Under the pieces are notes generated by a model. That model was not told where the DNA came from. It searched no databases and worked only from the letters and a program-made list of their open reading frames with translations. 64,000 nucleotides of DNA, taken from Callorhinchus milii (Eukaryota). The position numbers and the translations under genes are program-made. Shown here piece after piece: positions 39,093 to 50,917 of the stretch. The stretch covers positions 92,506,001-92,570,000 of the forward strand of contig NW_024704742.1 in assembly GCF_018977255.1 (NCBI RefSeq). The letters run 5' to 3'. Within the stretch, counting starts at the first letter, position 1; each line of letters opens with the position of its first letter.

Positions 39093-39795
39093 TTGATCAG
39101 CGAGGTATCTGACACACACAGAAACCCATTTTAAGAGACCACTCTGACCAACCTGAGAGTTTTACTTATGCTTGGAAATTTCAGTTTGTCAGGAACAGAG
39201 TGTGCACTCTCTCCTTGGAGGCACATAGCCTGCTAATTTGTGGCGTCCTGTAGCTCAGTGGTTAGAGCACTCGCCTCTCAAGCGGGAGACTTGGGTTCTA
39301 TTCCTGGCAGGGGGAAATGTTGTGTAAGTTTCCTTACTCCACATGCCTCGGTTTACCTAGCAGTAAGTAGGAACCTAGTTGTTAGTCGATTGGCGGTTTG
39401 CTTTTCTGGTGGTAATAATCCCTCCAATATATAAATAAATATATAAATAAATAAATTGGTCACTCAATCCACGACTGCTTGTGGGACACTGTTGTGCGCA
39501 ATTGGCTGCTGTGTTTCGCCCACAAATATACAATCAATTCACTTTACAGTATATTCTGTGAAGCTCTTTGTGACGTCTCGAAGACATGAAGAGCACTATA
39601 TCAAATGTAAGGATTATTATTAATCTAAACTCAAGAAAGTATTGGATACGAGGCTATGAGATTCCAGAATGTGCAATGGAGTACTGCTGGAGTCTATCTA
39701 GCCACAATTCCTCAGTTACCATTATGAATGCTGATTGCTTATCCAGCTAGGACTACCTTACCCTTTAGGGCTGTGGGTTGCAGGGTTGACAACAG
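39093..39795 (-). mobile_element. Diverged family X copy interrupted by a SINE
   Basis: tgatcagcgaggtatctgacac...gtgcactctctccttggagg [SINE] agaaagtattgg...gcttatccagctaggactaccttaccctttagggct. Confidence 0.65.
39239..39622 (+). mobile_element. tRNA-Ala SINE, long form
   Basis: tgtggcgtcctgtagctcagtggttagagcactcgcc...acgtctcgaagacatga...aaggattattatt. Confidence 0.92.
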
Positions 39796-39834
39796 CATCA
39801 AACATTTAGCTACATAACACCTTTCACATCAGAA

Positions 39835-40070
39835 GAATGATAGAAATTTACAGCAGCCATTTGGCCCATCAATTCAACATTGTTTCTCCGAACAAGATGG
39901 TTATTCAATCCTAGTACCTGGCCCTATCCCCATATCCCTTCATTCCTCTATTATTCATAAACCTGTCTCTTTCCCTCATGAAACCCATGGACTCTGCTGT
40001 ACTTGGCAGGGCATTCCGCGTCCCAACAACCCTCTGAGTGAAAACAAATTTGTCAAACTCTCCTTTCATT
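39835..40070 (-). mobile_element. CR1 3' fragment
   Basis: Minus ORF FVFTQRVVGTRNALP...RDRFMNNRGMKGYG is a typical CR1 ORF2 C-terminus; gccatttggccc tail hairpin. Confidence 0.8.
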
Positions 40071-40236
40071 CTTCTGTGACTGTCTTGTAACAATGAACCA
40101 TAGTCACTGATTCTCCTACAAAGTACTTCAAACAACTGACTATGATGGTGGTCAGGGGAGCTGAGGAGGATGACGGAAATATGGCCAACAACAAAGAAAT
40201 AGATATTAAGATAGGTTTTGAAGGTGCTTTTAAAAT

Positions 40237-41175
40237 GAGTGTCTGACACATGCGGAAACTCATCCCCATGCTTAAGAGTTTCTAAACCAAGCTAAGAATT
40301 CCATGCATCGCATCTACACATGGAAAACAGAGAGATAGATTAATAATAATAATCCTGCATTTGATATAGCGCTTTTCACGTCGGGAGGACGTCCAAAGCG
40401 CTTCATAGAACACACTGTAAAGTGAATTGACTGTTAATTTGTGGGCGATCGCGGCAGCCAATTGCGCACAGCAATGTCCCACAAACAGTCGTAGATTGAA
40501 AATGACCAATTTATTATTGTTTTTGGTTTTGGAGGGATTATTATTAGGCTCTGTGTGGAGTAAGGAAACTTGCCCAAGGTTTCGCCCTCTGCCTGGAATT
40601 GAACTCAGGTCTCTCACTTGCAAAGCGAGTGCTCTAACCACTGAGCTATAGGACTCCACACAGGATTGTTGTAATGGAATGCGCACTCTCTCCCTGGAGG
40701 GACACATCCTGCTTACCTAATTCTAGAAAGTATTAGACGCAGGTTGGCAATGCTTGGGGACCCCAGAGTGTGCTGTTTTACTTAAGGAATGTAACCAGCT
40801 AAAACCGCATAGCTTGTCATTGATATCGCTGTCTGTCAAGCTTTCCCACTGCTTGTCCAGCTAGAAACACCCTACCCATTAGGGCTTGGTTTGCAGAATT
40901 AACAGGAGCTAAGTGGGATGATTCTCTGCCCCTCAGTTACTGGTCTGCCCTTCCAAGAACTGGCGATGAGCCAGACTGTCTGTGCTGTCATCAGCAGTGC
41001 CTGGAATATTGCGGATCCGCCTGGCTCAGTTTTGAAGGTGAGAAGTAGGGGCAAGGTGGAGGGACTCCAGGAGGTAAGGAGCAGGAACCAAGTGGGAAAA
41101 ATCCCTGCCCCCACTGACGGCTCTGCTCCTCCAAGCCCTGCCGACAAGCCAGGCTGGCTGCTCTATCATCAACAA
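40237..41175 (-). mobile_element. Longest family X copy, interrupted by a SINE at 40340-40660
   Basis: gtgtctgacacatgcggaaac...catggaaa [SINE] gtaatggaatgcgcactctctccctggaggg...gcttgtccagctag...ccaggctggctgctctatcatc. Confidence 0.8.
40340..40660 (-). mobile_element. tRNA-Ala SINE, short form, L2-type tail
   Basis: Nearly identical to 998-1312. Confidence 0.92.
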
Positions 41176-41439
41176 TGTCTTACCAGTCTGTAAGCGATCC
41201 CTGAGAAGTGATCCAATTTCCAATTTTCTCTCCTTCCCATATGGAACATGTTGTTCATCTCTCAGTAGCAGCACATTACCCTGATTTAAACACGTTCTCA
41301 AGTTAAGACATTACATAAATGTAAATTGTTGTTGTTTAGATATGAATGTTCTGTGATTAGAAGGGAAGTTAACACCTAGAATCACAGACTGTATCAACAT
41401 ACGTGTTGTACAGATGAATATATATAAGATAATGATATA

Positions 41440-41800
41440 ATAATAATGTTTGAATTTGATATAGCACCTTATCACGTTGTTAATATCTCAAAGTGTTTCA
41501 TATGATATGCTATAAAGTGTAGTGACTGTGTATTTTGTAGGCGAATTTGTGTGCAGCAATGTCCCATAAACAGCTATGAAGTGAAAGACTAATTTTATTT
41601 ATGGGATTGTTGGCCAGAATACCAGGAGAAATTCTCTTCTGTTTTTGAATAGTGTCATAAGATCTTTAACATCCACCTGAACAGGCAGACTGTATCATTG
41701 CTTGGGTTAGCATCTCATCCAAAGGATGGCACCTTCGACAATACAGTGCACCCCCAACATTGCACTGGAATGTCAGCCTAGACTGAATTTGAAGTTCCCA
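41440..41800 (-). mobile_element. Deu-domain SINE
   Basis: gatctttaacatccacctgaacaggcagac...catctcatccaaaggatggcaccttcgaca...gcactggaatgtcagcctaga. Confidence 0.8.
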
Positions 41801-42846
41801 TATTGATCACACGTGAGCTACCTCATAAACTTGTATGGAAAAAAGTTTAAATAAGGCAGATTCATTAACTTCAAAATTGAATTTGATTTGTGCAATAAGG
41901 AAGCTTCAATTATTAGTGTGGAAAAAAAAAGGAATTAAATCTTAATTACTTTGCATTTTCAGAATGACAGATCACAATAAAAAATCCTCAGTCCAAATAT
42001 TTCAAATGTAAGATGTATTTGTGGCCACTGCTGTGAAATGCAAATATACTGCTGTTGATGGGTAATCAATTATAAATGTTACAGAAATCCACCTCTAACT
42101 GCACTATAAACAATAGAATATAGCTTTCATAGATGATGGCCCTGTCAAACACTTTTGGTAATGAGCATTGCAGTTTGATTTAGCGAGGATGCACATTAAA
42201 CTCAGCAAGTAAATTGGTAGAATTACTATTCTAGCAGAAACTGCAAGAAGTTAGTTTATTCTGCACCTTCTCCTGCACATTAATGCAGCGTTTGCACATC
42301 AGGACTTCTGAAAGCACTTACTAATGAGAACAGTGGTTGTGATTTGATGATTAATCACCAGTGATGAATATTTTCTGTGTTTAAATGTGATTAAAATGTG
42401 TCCCTAACAACAGTTTTGGAAGTGATCCTCCCTACCTTTGGGAGAATGGTTTCACGTAGCTACGCTGGAGATTCGAACCAAGTGACATTTTTTCCCTTGT
42501 GAGCAAGGATCATTCTACTGGGTGTGGGAGTAGAATTGATAATTCAGCTGTCTTAGATTTGATGCCCATGTTGAACCTTCCCTTGGTCTGGTGTGAAACA
42601 GTCTTATGAAGTCGGGTAGGGGGCTGGGAGGGGGTTTCACTTTCAAAATGATAATTACCACTACTGGTAATCCTTATAGAACCTTCATGCAGGGTGATGT
42701 CTCGGAGTGCTTTATCACATGTGGTAGCGATCTAAACTTGTTCAGTTGAAATCTTTATGCTAAAACAGGAATAGGTTCCAGGGGAATGTAGAAAGTGTGC
42801 CGTGCTCTGATGAACAGTAGTTGGTTTTGTGCTGTTTTTTAGCTGA

Positions 42847-43260
<414 letters not shown>

Positions 43261-44879
43261 TGAAAGCGCTCTGGGACGCTACCCTGCTTGAGGGGGGGTA
43301 TATAAATGCAAGTTGTTGTTTAGGAGACTTTCAGACATTCTATCCCTTTTCTCTGGAACTTAATCCCAGAGTCCCTCTACCTCTCTCCCCTTCCTCCCTC
43401 CCCACTTTCATAACATGTCTCAAGGCTTATCTCTTTGTCTGAGCTTTTGGTCAGCTTCTCCCTCCCCACCCCCCACCCCCAACCTCCCTTGCGTTTCCCA
43501 CTCAGGTTCCCAGCTAGACAGACAGACCTCACTTTGATGTGAAAGGCATGGTATAAATGTAAATTTTATTGTATAGAATACAAGACTTTTTGTAACTACA
43601 ACATGTATAAACAAGGTATGGAATAATGCAGACCATGAACTGTAATGTGAGTGCAGATCAATGACTGTGCTTTGTTATTATCAGTCTGTACAGTGCATTA
43701 AGAGAGGAGTGACTTTAAGGGAATTGTTCTGTTAGATTTTATACATGACATCATTGTAGCCTGTCTCAGTCAAAGGGCTATTGTTTCTCTCTAAAACTGC
43801 AAGTTCCTTGGGGATTTGCGACGAATGGGGAAAAATTCCATGCCTATGGTTTAAGTAACATAACTTAATGAAGCATGACGGGAGAAAAGACCACTTGGTG
43901 CATTAAGCCTGCTTCTTGAACACAAAGCAATAGACTTCCACCCCATGATTCTTGCTTTGGGGAAAAATTCCACTCTCATCTCGATTGGTAATCAAACTCA
44001 AGCTCATCTGTTCTCCAACCTGGTTCCTTCGTCCCTCGCATGGCAACATTCATGCACTCTCCCAGTGCACAGGCTCCCCACCCCACCCCCATTTTAAATG
44101 CATCAATAAAAATATTGTGATAAAAAATAATCTTGTTGTTTGCTAATATACAAGAAAGATGTGAGTGCTTCCAGTTAGCTAAGTAGAACATTGTCCCTTC
44201 ACAGTACTGTAAAGATAAACAATTAATTTGGCAAATTAGTTAGAGAAGAGGGTAGCTACATACGCAGTGCTATGCAAACAGTTTGATGATTGAATTATTT
44301 TCTGCTTCTATAAAAATGCTCCACATTATTTTAATTTGTATGGCAATATGCACAGGGCAATGAGGCTAGACTGTAAGCAAAAGAATAATTGAATATGTGT
44401 ACCTGCTAAAGAACGTGAGCGAGCAACAGCCAGTAAACGAGTGAGCAACAGCGAGCGAGAGAGAGATCAATGTCATTCTCTGCAGCAAACGTGCTATATA
44501 TTGCTTGCAGCTAGTTCATAGTAGTGCCCATCACACTCTGTCAGATTCACTTTGACAAGCCACTCATGCAGCAGAAGTAAGTAATGTGCACTGCTGAAAA
44601 AAAGAGTTCAGGTTTTATGACAGCACTGTGAGGAGAAAGTGAGGAAGTAAAATCTAGTGGAAATAAAATTGTTTCCAGGATAAATATTTTAAATGCCATT
44701 TTAACTTTGTCTGTGGGGTTCTAATAAGGAATCATGTATTAATAAATATACTGTGTGTGTGTGTATATATATATATACTTTATACTTGCACTTATATAGC
44801 GCCCTCATTATTCACCAACACTCTCCCCAAATCATAAAAAAACCTTGCATTTGATATAGCGCTTTTCATGTCCACAAGA

Positions 44880-45220
44880 TAATAATAATAATAATCCTTG
44901 CATTTGATATAGCGCTTTTCACGTCGGGAGGACATCCCAAAGCGCTTCACAGAATAGACTGTAAAGTGAATTGACTGTATATTTGTGGGCGAACGCGGCA
45001 GCCAATTGCGCACAGCAGTGTCCACAAACAGTTGTGGATTGAAGTGATCAATTTTATCATTGTTTTCTTTTCTTGAGGGATTATTATCAGGTGTGTGGAT
45101 TAAGGAAACTTGCCCAAGGTTTCGCCTTGCCGGGAATCAAACCCAGGTCTCCTGCTTGCGAGGCAAGTGCTCTAACCACTTGTGAGGCGAGTGCTCTAAC
45201 CACTGAGTTACAGGGCTCCT
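44880..45220 (-). mobile_element. tRNA-Ala SINE, short form, with a 24-bp tandem duplication in the head and a second tail at 44843-44872
   Basis: ttgcgaggcaagtgctctaaccac followed by ttgtgaggcgagtgctctaaccac; ccttgcatttgatatagcgcttttca occurs twice. Confidence 0.9.
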
Positions 45221-46122
45221 ATACATGGCTGTTTATGGGACATTGCTGTGTGCAAATTGGCTGCCATGTTTGCCTACAAATACACAGTCACTACACTTTA
45301 CAGTAAATCCTGTGAATCCTTTGTGAGACATCCTGTTCACATGAAAGGCACCATAACTAACGCAAGGATTATTTATTGATTATTATTGTTGAATTCCAGG
45401 ACCTTAAGAAAAATTCTGCTTATTAAATATTCAACTTTTATTGCTTGTTCATTGCTGGGGTTTGGTAGGGAGGCGTGATAGAATATAATACTAACAGTAA
45501 TTCTTACATGTGGCACAGCCCCTTTCACATTGGGAGGCTGTCCACAGGACAGGATTTACTGTAAAACTGCAGTGACTTTGTATTTTCTGGGAAAACCTGA
45601 CAGCCCATTTGTGTACAGCAACCTCCCACAAACAGCCATGATGTAACTGACCACATTTCTTTTGGGAGGGGGAGGGTGGGGTGCATTGTTGCCAGGAAAG
45701 GGGAGTCAATGTTAGAAATATAGGAACTGGAAGAGGCCATTCAGCCTCTCAAGTCTGTTGTGCTTAAGATAAATGGCTTCAAGTGGACCAGAGTCAATTG
45801 GCTGTGCATTGTGAGTGGACATAATCTAATTATATTAAATGTTAATATTGTGCTTAGTATTTCCATTATATCTTGTCAATTTATGTTTAAAAATCTTGTA
45901 CAGAGTTGCAAAATGAAAACGTTCCAATAGCATACAAAACTTAACTTGGATGTTGAAACTATTGTGTGTTCTCTTGACTCTGTCCTGTGCACCAAGGCTG
46001 CTCAATTTATGAATCACACTGATAGAGATGGGAGGAAGCCTTTAAGATGACCATCTTCGCAGGACATGATTGCTTATTTATGCTGTTATACAATTATATT
46101 TCAGAGCGGATTCAGAGAAACC

Positions 46123-46185
46123 TCATGATACCAATCAGTTATATAATACGGCTAGAGTGCTGCTAAGAAGAAAGGACTTGTATTT
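46123..46185 (+). repeat. Direct repeat, copy 1 (partner 48400-48465)
   Basis: tcatgataccaatcagttatataata(c/t)ggctagagtgctgctaagaagaa: 50 nt with one mismatch, then aggact(t/a)gtattt. Confidence 0.9.
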
Positions 46186-47073
46186 GAACAGTGTTTTATC
46201 ACATCTAAATGTCTTAAAACTCTTCATTCACAATAAAAGTAAAAATAATAATCCTTGTATTTGATATAGCGCTTTTCACGTCTTCTAGACATCTCAAAGT
46301 GCTTCACAGAATATACTGTAAAGTGAATTGACTGTAATATTTTGTGGGCGAAACGCGGCAGCCAATTGCGCACAGCAGTGTCCCACAAACAGTCGTGGAT
46401 TGAAGTGACCAATTTTTTTTTTCTTGAGGGATTATTATCAGGCGTGTGGAGTAAGGAAACTTGCCCAAGGTTTCGCCCTGCCGGGAATCAAACCCAAGTC
46501 TTTCGCTTGCGAGGCGAGTGCTCTAACCACTGAGCTGCAGGACTCCACAAGTACTGTTAAGTGTAGTGGCTGCTTTTGATACCAATTTGTGCAAGCAGCT
46601 GCCAGCTGTCATGAAGTGAACGATCAAATATTGCTGGCCAGGATACCAGAAGAAACTCCTTTCTCTTTTCAAATTACATCTTTCAAATTGGATCGTTAAC
46701 ATCCAGTTGAACAGGCAGACAGACATTGCTTTAAACATGATTTCTCCATCAATCCCCCATCACTGCACTGGAGGCCAGCCTGGAGTGAGCTCAAAACCCC
46801 AATATGGAAATTAAACCCACAACCTTCTTGCCCAGAAGTGAAGTTTATGTCACAAACGTTTCCTTGCCCTTTGTATGATGATTTTCACCTAATATGGCTG
46901 CCATTAATGTGCCAGTAATGTGCATAAGAAAATTATTACATTAATCGTTCAAATTGTGCTGTAGGCTCTCCCCCAGCACTGTATTTGAATGTCAGCCTAG
47001 ACTGTTCTAACTTAGGACTTGAACCCAAAACCTTCTGAGAGGTGAGAGTGCTACCAACAGAGCCAGGCTGATA
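46170..47073 (-). mobile_element. Deu-domain SINE remnants with a nested young SINE (46243-46549, -)
   Basis: Tail at 46170; core ttaacatccagttgaacaggcagac at 46695; head-like segments at 46800-46845 and 46990-47073 (gacttgaacccaaaaccttctgagaggtgagagtgctaccaacagagccaggctga). Confidence 0.75.
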
Positions 47074-47479
47074 GGCAAGGTGGGAACTGCTTAGTTCCTA
47101 AATATTGTTCTTTTTTATCATCTATCAGTTGTGAAAAGGAGATTCTGAGGAAAGTTATAGTTTTGTTTAACAAATGAGTTTTGAAAATTGTGTAAGACTT
47201 ACTTAAATATTAAACTTCTGTGGACCTTATTTCCATTGAGTGCCTTTACCTCAACTCTGTGGAAGCCATGGGAAAATATAGTGGGGGCCTGGTACTGTGA
47301 GGAAATTCAATTTGCCACAAATGATCAATGTCCATAGAACACAAGTTAATTAAACTCCTTGACTTCACAAAAATATCAATTTATAGCGTGGACGAAATTA
47401 CTTTCTGTTAATTCCAACGCTCTGTATGGTAGCCAAAGAACACAGCTCATACTGTCTACTTTGGGAGATATTATTTCTG

Positions 47480-47850
47480 CTTTGGGCAAAGTTGGACCTG
47501 CATTCATCCAAATATTGCGTCATAAATATAGAACAGTGCGTGACAGCAAGAAACAAAGTGAACAGGATGATGGGTTACAAATCTGCCGAGTTCAAATCAG
47601 CAGAAGTGGCATTCAAGCTGTGAGGAAATCTGGTCAATCTGCACCGGAAATAGTGCATAGAATTTGAATTGCCATGACAGAAGGGTCTGCCTCGGCCCTA
47701 GAGGCAGCGCACAGAAGACAAATAAGTCCCTCCCCAGGGTTAGAGGCTAAACTATGAAACTTGCAAACTAAGGCTCTTCAGCCTCGAAAAGAGATGAATC
47801 CGAGAGTACTAGATCAAATGTGCTGAGGGCCTTCTTCATCTGAATCTCGT
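47480..47850 (+). mobile_element. Degenerate CR1 fragment
   Basis: aacaggatgatgggttacaaa...ccctagaggcagcgcacagaaga...ggctcttcagcctcgaaaagaga...gggccttcttcatctg, CR1 ORF2 3' pattern. Confidence 0.65.
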
Positions 47851-47976
47851 ATAACTCTCTGGTCTTGATCTTGAATAATATAGGTTCACTTTCATCTTGC
47901 AAGTTTCTATCTAAAACATTATTTATAGCTAAATTGCAAATATATTTTAATTCATTGAATTAGTACAAACACTAAT

Positions 47977-48330
47977 GTGGAGTCCCGGAGCATGGCGGTT
48001 AGAGCACTCGCTTCACAAGCGAGAGAACCTGGGTTTAAATACCAAGCGAGGCTAAACCTTAGGCAAGTTTCCTTACTCCACACGCCTCTGTTTACCTAAC
48101 AGTGAGTAGGAACCCAGTTGTTAGTGGATTCATGGGTCAGTTTCTGGGGGTAATAATCCCTCCAAAAAAAAAAAAAATTGGTTACTCAACCTATGAGTGT
48201 TTGTGGGACACTGCTTTGCACAATTGGTTGCCGGATTTTGTCCACAAAATACAGTCAATCACTATAAGTATATTCTACGAGGTGCTTTGATACGTGATAA
48301 GGGGCTATATCAAATGCAAGGATTATTATA
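47977..48330 (+). mobile_element. tRNA-Ala SINE, long form
   Basis: tgtggagtcccggagcatggcggttagagcactcgc...ctatatcaaatgcaaggattatt. Confidence 0.88.
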
Positions 48331-48399
48331 ATTAATGAACTAGTGAGAATTAAGAGGTATATGGTTAGTGTTAGAAAATAAAATGGCAACATATTCAAT

Positions 48400-48465
48400 T
48401 CATGATACCAATCAGTTATATAATATGGCTAGAGTGCTGCTAAGAAGAAGAGAGGACTAGTATTT
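48400..48465 (+). repeat. Direct repeat, copy 2 (partner 46123-46185)
   Basis: See copy 1. Confidence 0.9.
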
Positions 48466-48639
48466 AAATGCAGTCAAATAATAGTGCGACAAATAGTAAG
48501 AGTGCAGTAAAGGCTATCCGGGCCCAAGAGTCAGTGCACTGGACAGCAATGAGGCCAATTCCTAGCTTTAGACCCCTCTGCTCAGTCTTTAACCCCCTCC
48601 ACTCATCACTGATTCCCTCAACTGCACAGAATGTAGGTG

Positions 48640-49243
48640 GTGAAAATGTGGAACTGACTCCTGGAACCTTTGGTTGAAGCAGAAAGAGTCAGTGTATTTG
48701 AGTGGAAACGTGAAGCATACATGAGAGAGAAGGAAATAGAAGGGTATGGGAGGAGGTACGGAAAGGGGATTAGGAGGGATGGAGTATAAACACCAGTAAG
48801 GACTAGTTGGCCCCTCCACGAACTTACTCCTCCCTACCATTTGTGACCTCCTAACTTCCTACTGATCTGCCTGCGTTCTCCGTTCAGTGGTCTCCAGCCT
48901 GCTTCTCATCCCCCGCCTTGCCCGCCCCATCATTGGTGGGCGGGCCTTCAGCCTCTCTGCCCAAACCCTCTGGAACTCCATCCCACAGTCCCTTCGCCTC
49001 GCCCCCTCCCTTTCCTTCTTCAAGACCCTTCTCAAGACCCTCCTCTTTGACCGTGCCTTTGGTCACCCTCCTACACCTACCCTCCTCGCCATCCAGCACT
49101 CCTGATCCCAACCACCAGCTTGGGTGCAGATCCCTGACTGTCCAGCACCTTGGGACATCATCCTGACTTGAAAGACGCTTTACAAATGTAATTTATTGTT
49201 GTTGAATGGCCTATTTAGATGCTGTAGTCTATGGAACTCTGTA
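48640..49243 (+). mobile_element. CR1 3' fragment split by an L2 insertion
   Basis: ...ggagtataaacaccagtaaggactagttggcc [L2] gaatggcctatttagatgctgtag... Confidence 0.75.
48813..49203 (+). mobile_element. L2 3' fragment
   Basis: GGRAFSLSAQTLWNSIPQSLRLAPSLSFFKTLLKTLLF; tail (ttg)n. Confidence 0.9.
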
Positions 49244-49255
49244 ATTGTTGTTAGA

Positions 49256-49276
49256 GGGGCGGGGGGGGGGGGGGGG
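49256..49276 (+). repeat. Poly-G run (G4-C-G16)
   Basis: ggggc followed by 16 G. Confidence 0.9.
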
Positions 49277-49916
49277 AGTTACATCACATAGCTACTTCTT
49301 TTTCAATATTTCAGGAGTTTCTGAATTTAAACCCGTGACAGACCTCACTGACACTGAAACAAAGAGGACTGTGTAACGCTGGGGTTATACTGTAGGTCGT
49401 GTGGTAGATCTGTACAGTCTCTCGCACGGTTACTGCAATCTGATCCTCTACAAACTATCACTTACAGGCAGTTTGGGGTTACTTCCCACTGGCTGATAAA
49501 TGTAATGAGCAGTGGAATTGCTTGTCAATTAGATTAAGGAATAGCACCTGTCTCCCAGTGTAGGTTCATGCCTCATTTAGTTCCTGGCGCCTTGATCTTA
49601 CCAATGTTTCCCATTATGTGTAATCCTAATAACTCTTCTCCGTATCCTTTAAAAAGGTTTAAAACATTTCTATTTTTCTTTTTGTTTTCCAGTTCTACTT
49701 CCCACTTGATTCATTCCCTGGAGTTCTTCTCATAGCTTTCAAAGGAAAAAAAAACACAAATTACACAAAGAAATAATTATTTATTTCCCTTGAGTTCAAA
49801 TCAGCTAACCCAGCACAAACCAGCGATCAAACCTGTCCATGCAGCTCAATGCACCACATGGTGCATTAGTTCACAGAGTCAGTGCAGGAACCATGCAAAT
49901 CAGTTAACATCAACAT

Positions 49917-50418
49917 GATGTCCTGCAGTGTATTGGTTAGAGCACTCGCCTGACAAGTGAGAGGACCCAGGTTTGATTCCTGGGCAGGGCGAAACCTTAG
50001 GTAAATGAGAGGTGTGTGGAGTAAGGGAATTTGCCTGTCAGTAAATAGGAACCGAGTTGTTAACAGATTGGTAGATTGCTTTCTAGGGGTAATAATCTCT
50101 CCAAAAAAAATAATAATAACTTGGTCACTCAATCCACGACTGTTTGTGGGACACTGCTGTGTTCAATTGGTTGCTGTGCTCTGCCCACAAATATATAGTC
50201 AATTAACTTTACAAAAATTTTGAAGACCTTTGAGACATCTTAATGACGTGATAAGGCTCCATATCAAATAATAATAATCCTTGCATTTGATATAACACTT
50301 TTTCACATCTGCGTTTCGCCCACATAATATATACACTTTACAGTTTTTTCTGTGAAGCACTTTGAGACGTCTCGAAGACGTGATAAGGCACTATATCAAA
50401 TGCAAGGATTATTATTAT
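49917..50418 (+). mobile_element. tRNA-Ala SINE, long form, followed by an inverted tail stub and a second tail
   Basis: Head 49917; tail to 50270; aataatccttgcatttgatataacac (-); second + tail 50310-50418. Confidence 0.85.
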
Positions 50419-50420
50419 TT

Positions 50421-50546
50421 TGGGGATTGTTGGGGTTTCCCAGGTTATTTTTCAGCGTGTTTAGGGATTTTCCAGGGTGTTTTGGGATGGTTTAGGGGTG
50501 TCCAAGGATATTTTGGGAGTGTTTAGCAGTGTCCCGGGGTATTTTG
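50421..50546. repeat. Degenerate ~30-bp minisatellite (about 3.5 units)
   Basis: tcccaggttatttttcagcgtgtttagggattt / tccagggtgttttgggatggtttaggggtg / tccaaggatattttgggagtgtttagcagtg / tcccggggtattttg. Confidence 0.65.
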
Positions 50547-50917
50547 TAGAGTCCTGTAGCTCAGAGGTTAGAGCACTCGCCTTGCAATCTGCAAGAGACC
50601 TGGGTTCGATTCTCTGCAGGGCGAAATGTTGGGCAAGTTTCCTTACTCCATATGCCTGTTTACTTAGCAGTAAGTAGGTACCCGGTTGTTAGTCGATTGG
50701 CGGATTGCTTTTCCGGGGATAATAATTCTTTCAAAATAAATAATGAGAATAATAAATTGGTCACTTCAATTCATGACTGTTTGTGAGCAATTGGCTGCCG
50801 CGTTTGATCCACAAAATATATAGTCAATTCACTTTACAGTGTATTCTGTGAAGTGCTTTGAGACTTCCTGAAGATATGATAAGGCGCTATATAAAATGCA
50901 AGGATTATTATTATTAT
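50546..50917 (+). mobile_element. tRNA-Ala SINE, long form
   Basis: gtagagtcctgtagctcagaggttagagcactcgcc...aaatgcaaggattattatt. Confidence 0.9.

Noticed and set aside
39239..39315. tRNA-Ala gene
   Set aside because: tRNA-like head fused to a SINE body, present in many mutated copies and lacking a terminator right after the tRNA part.
40960..41000. Hammerhead ribozyme in family X (CTGATGA on the minus strand)
   Set aside because: No properly spaced GAAA and stems I-III could be built by eye.
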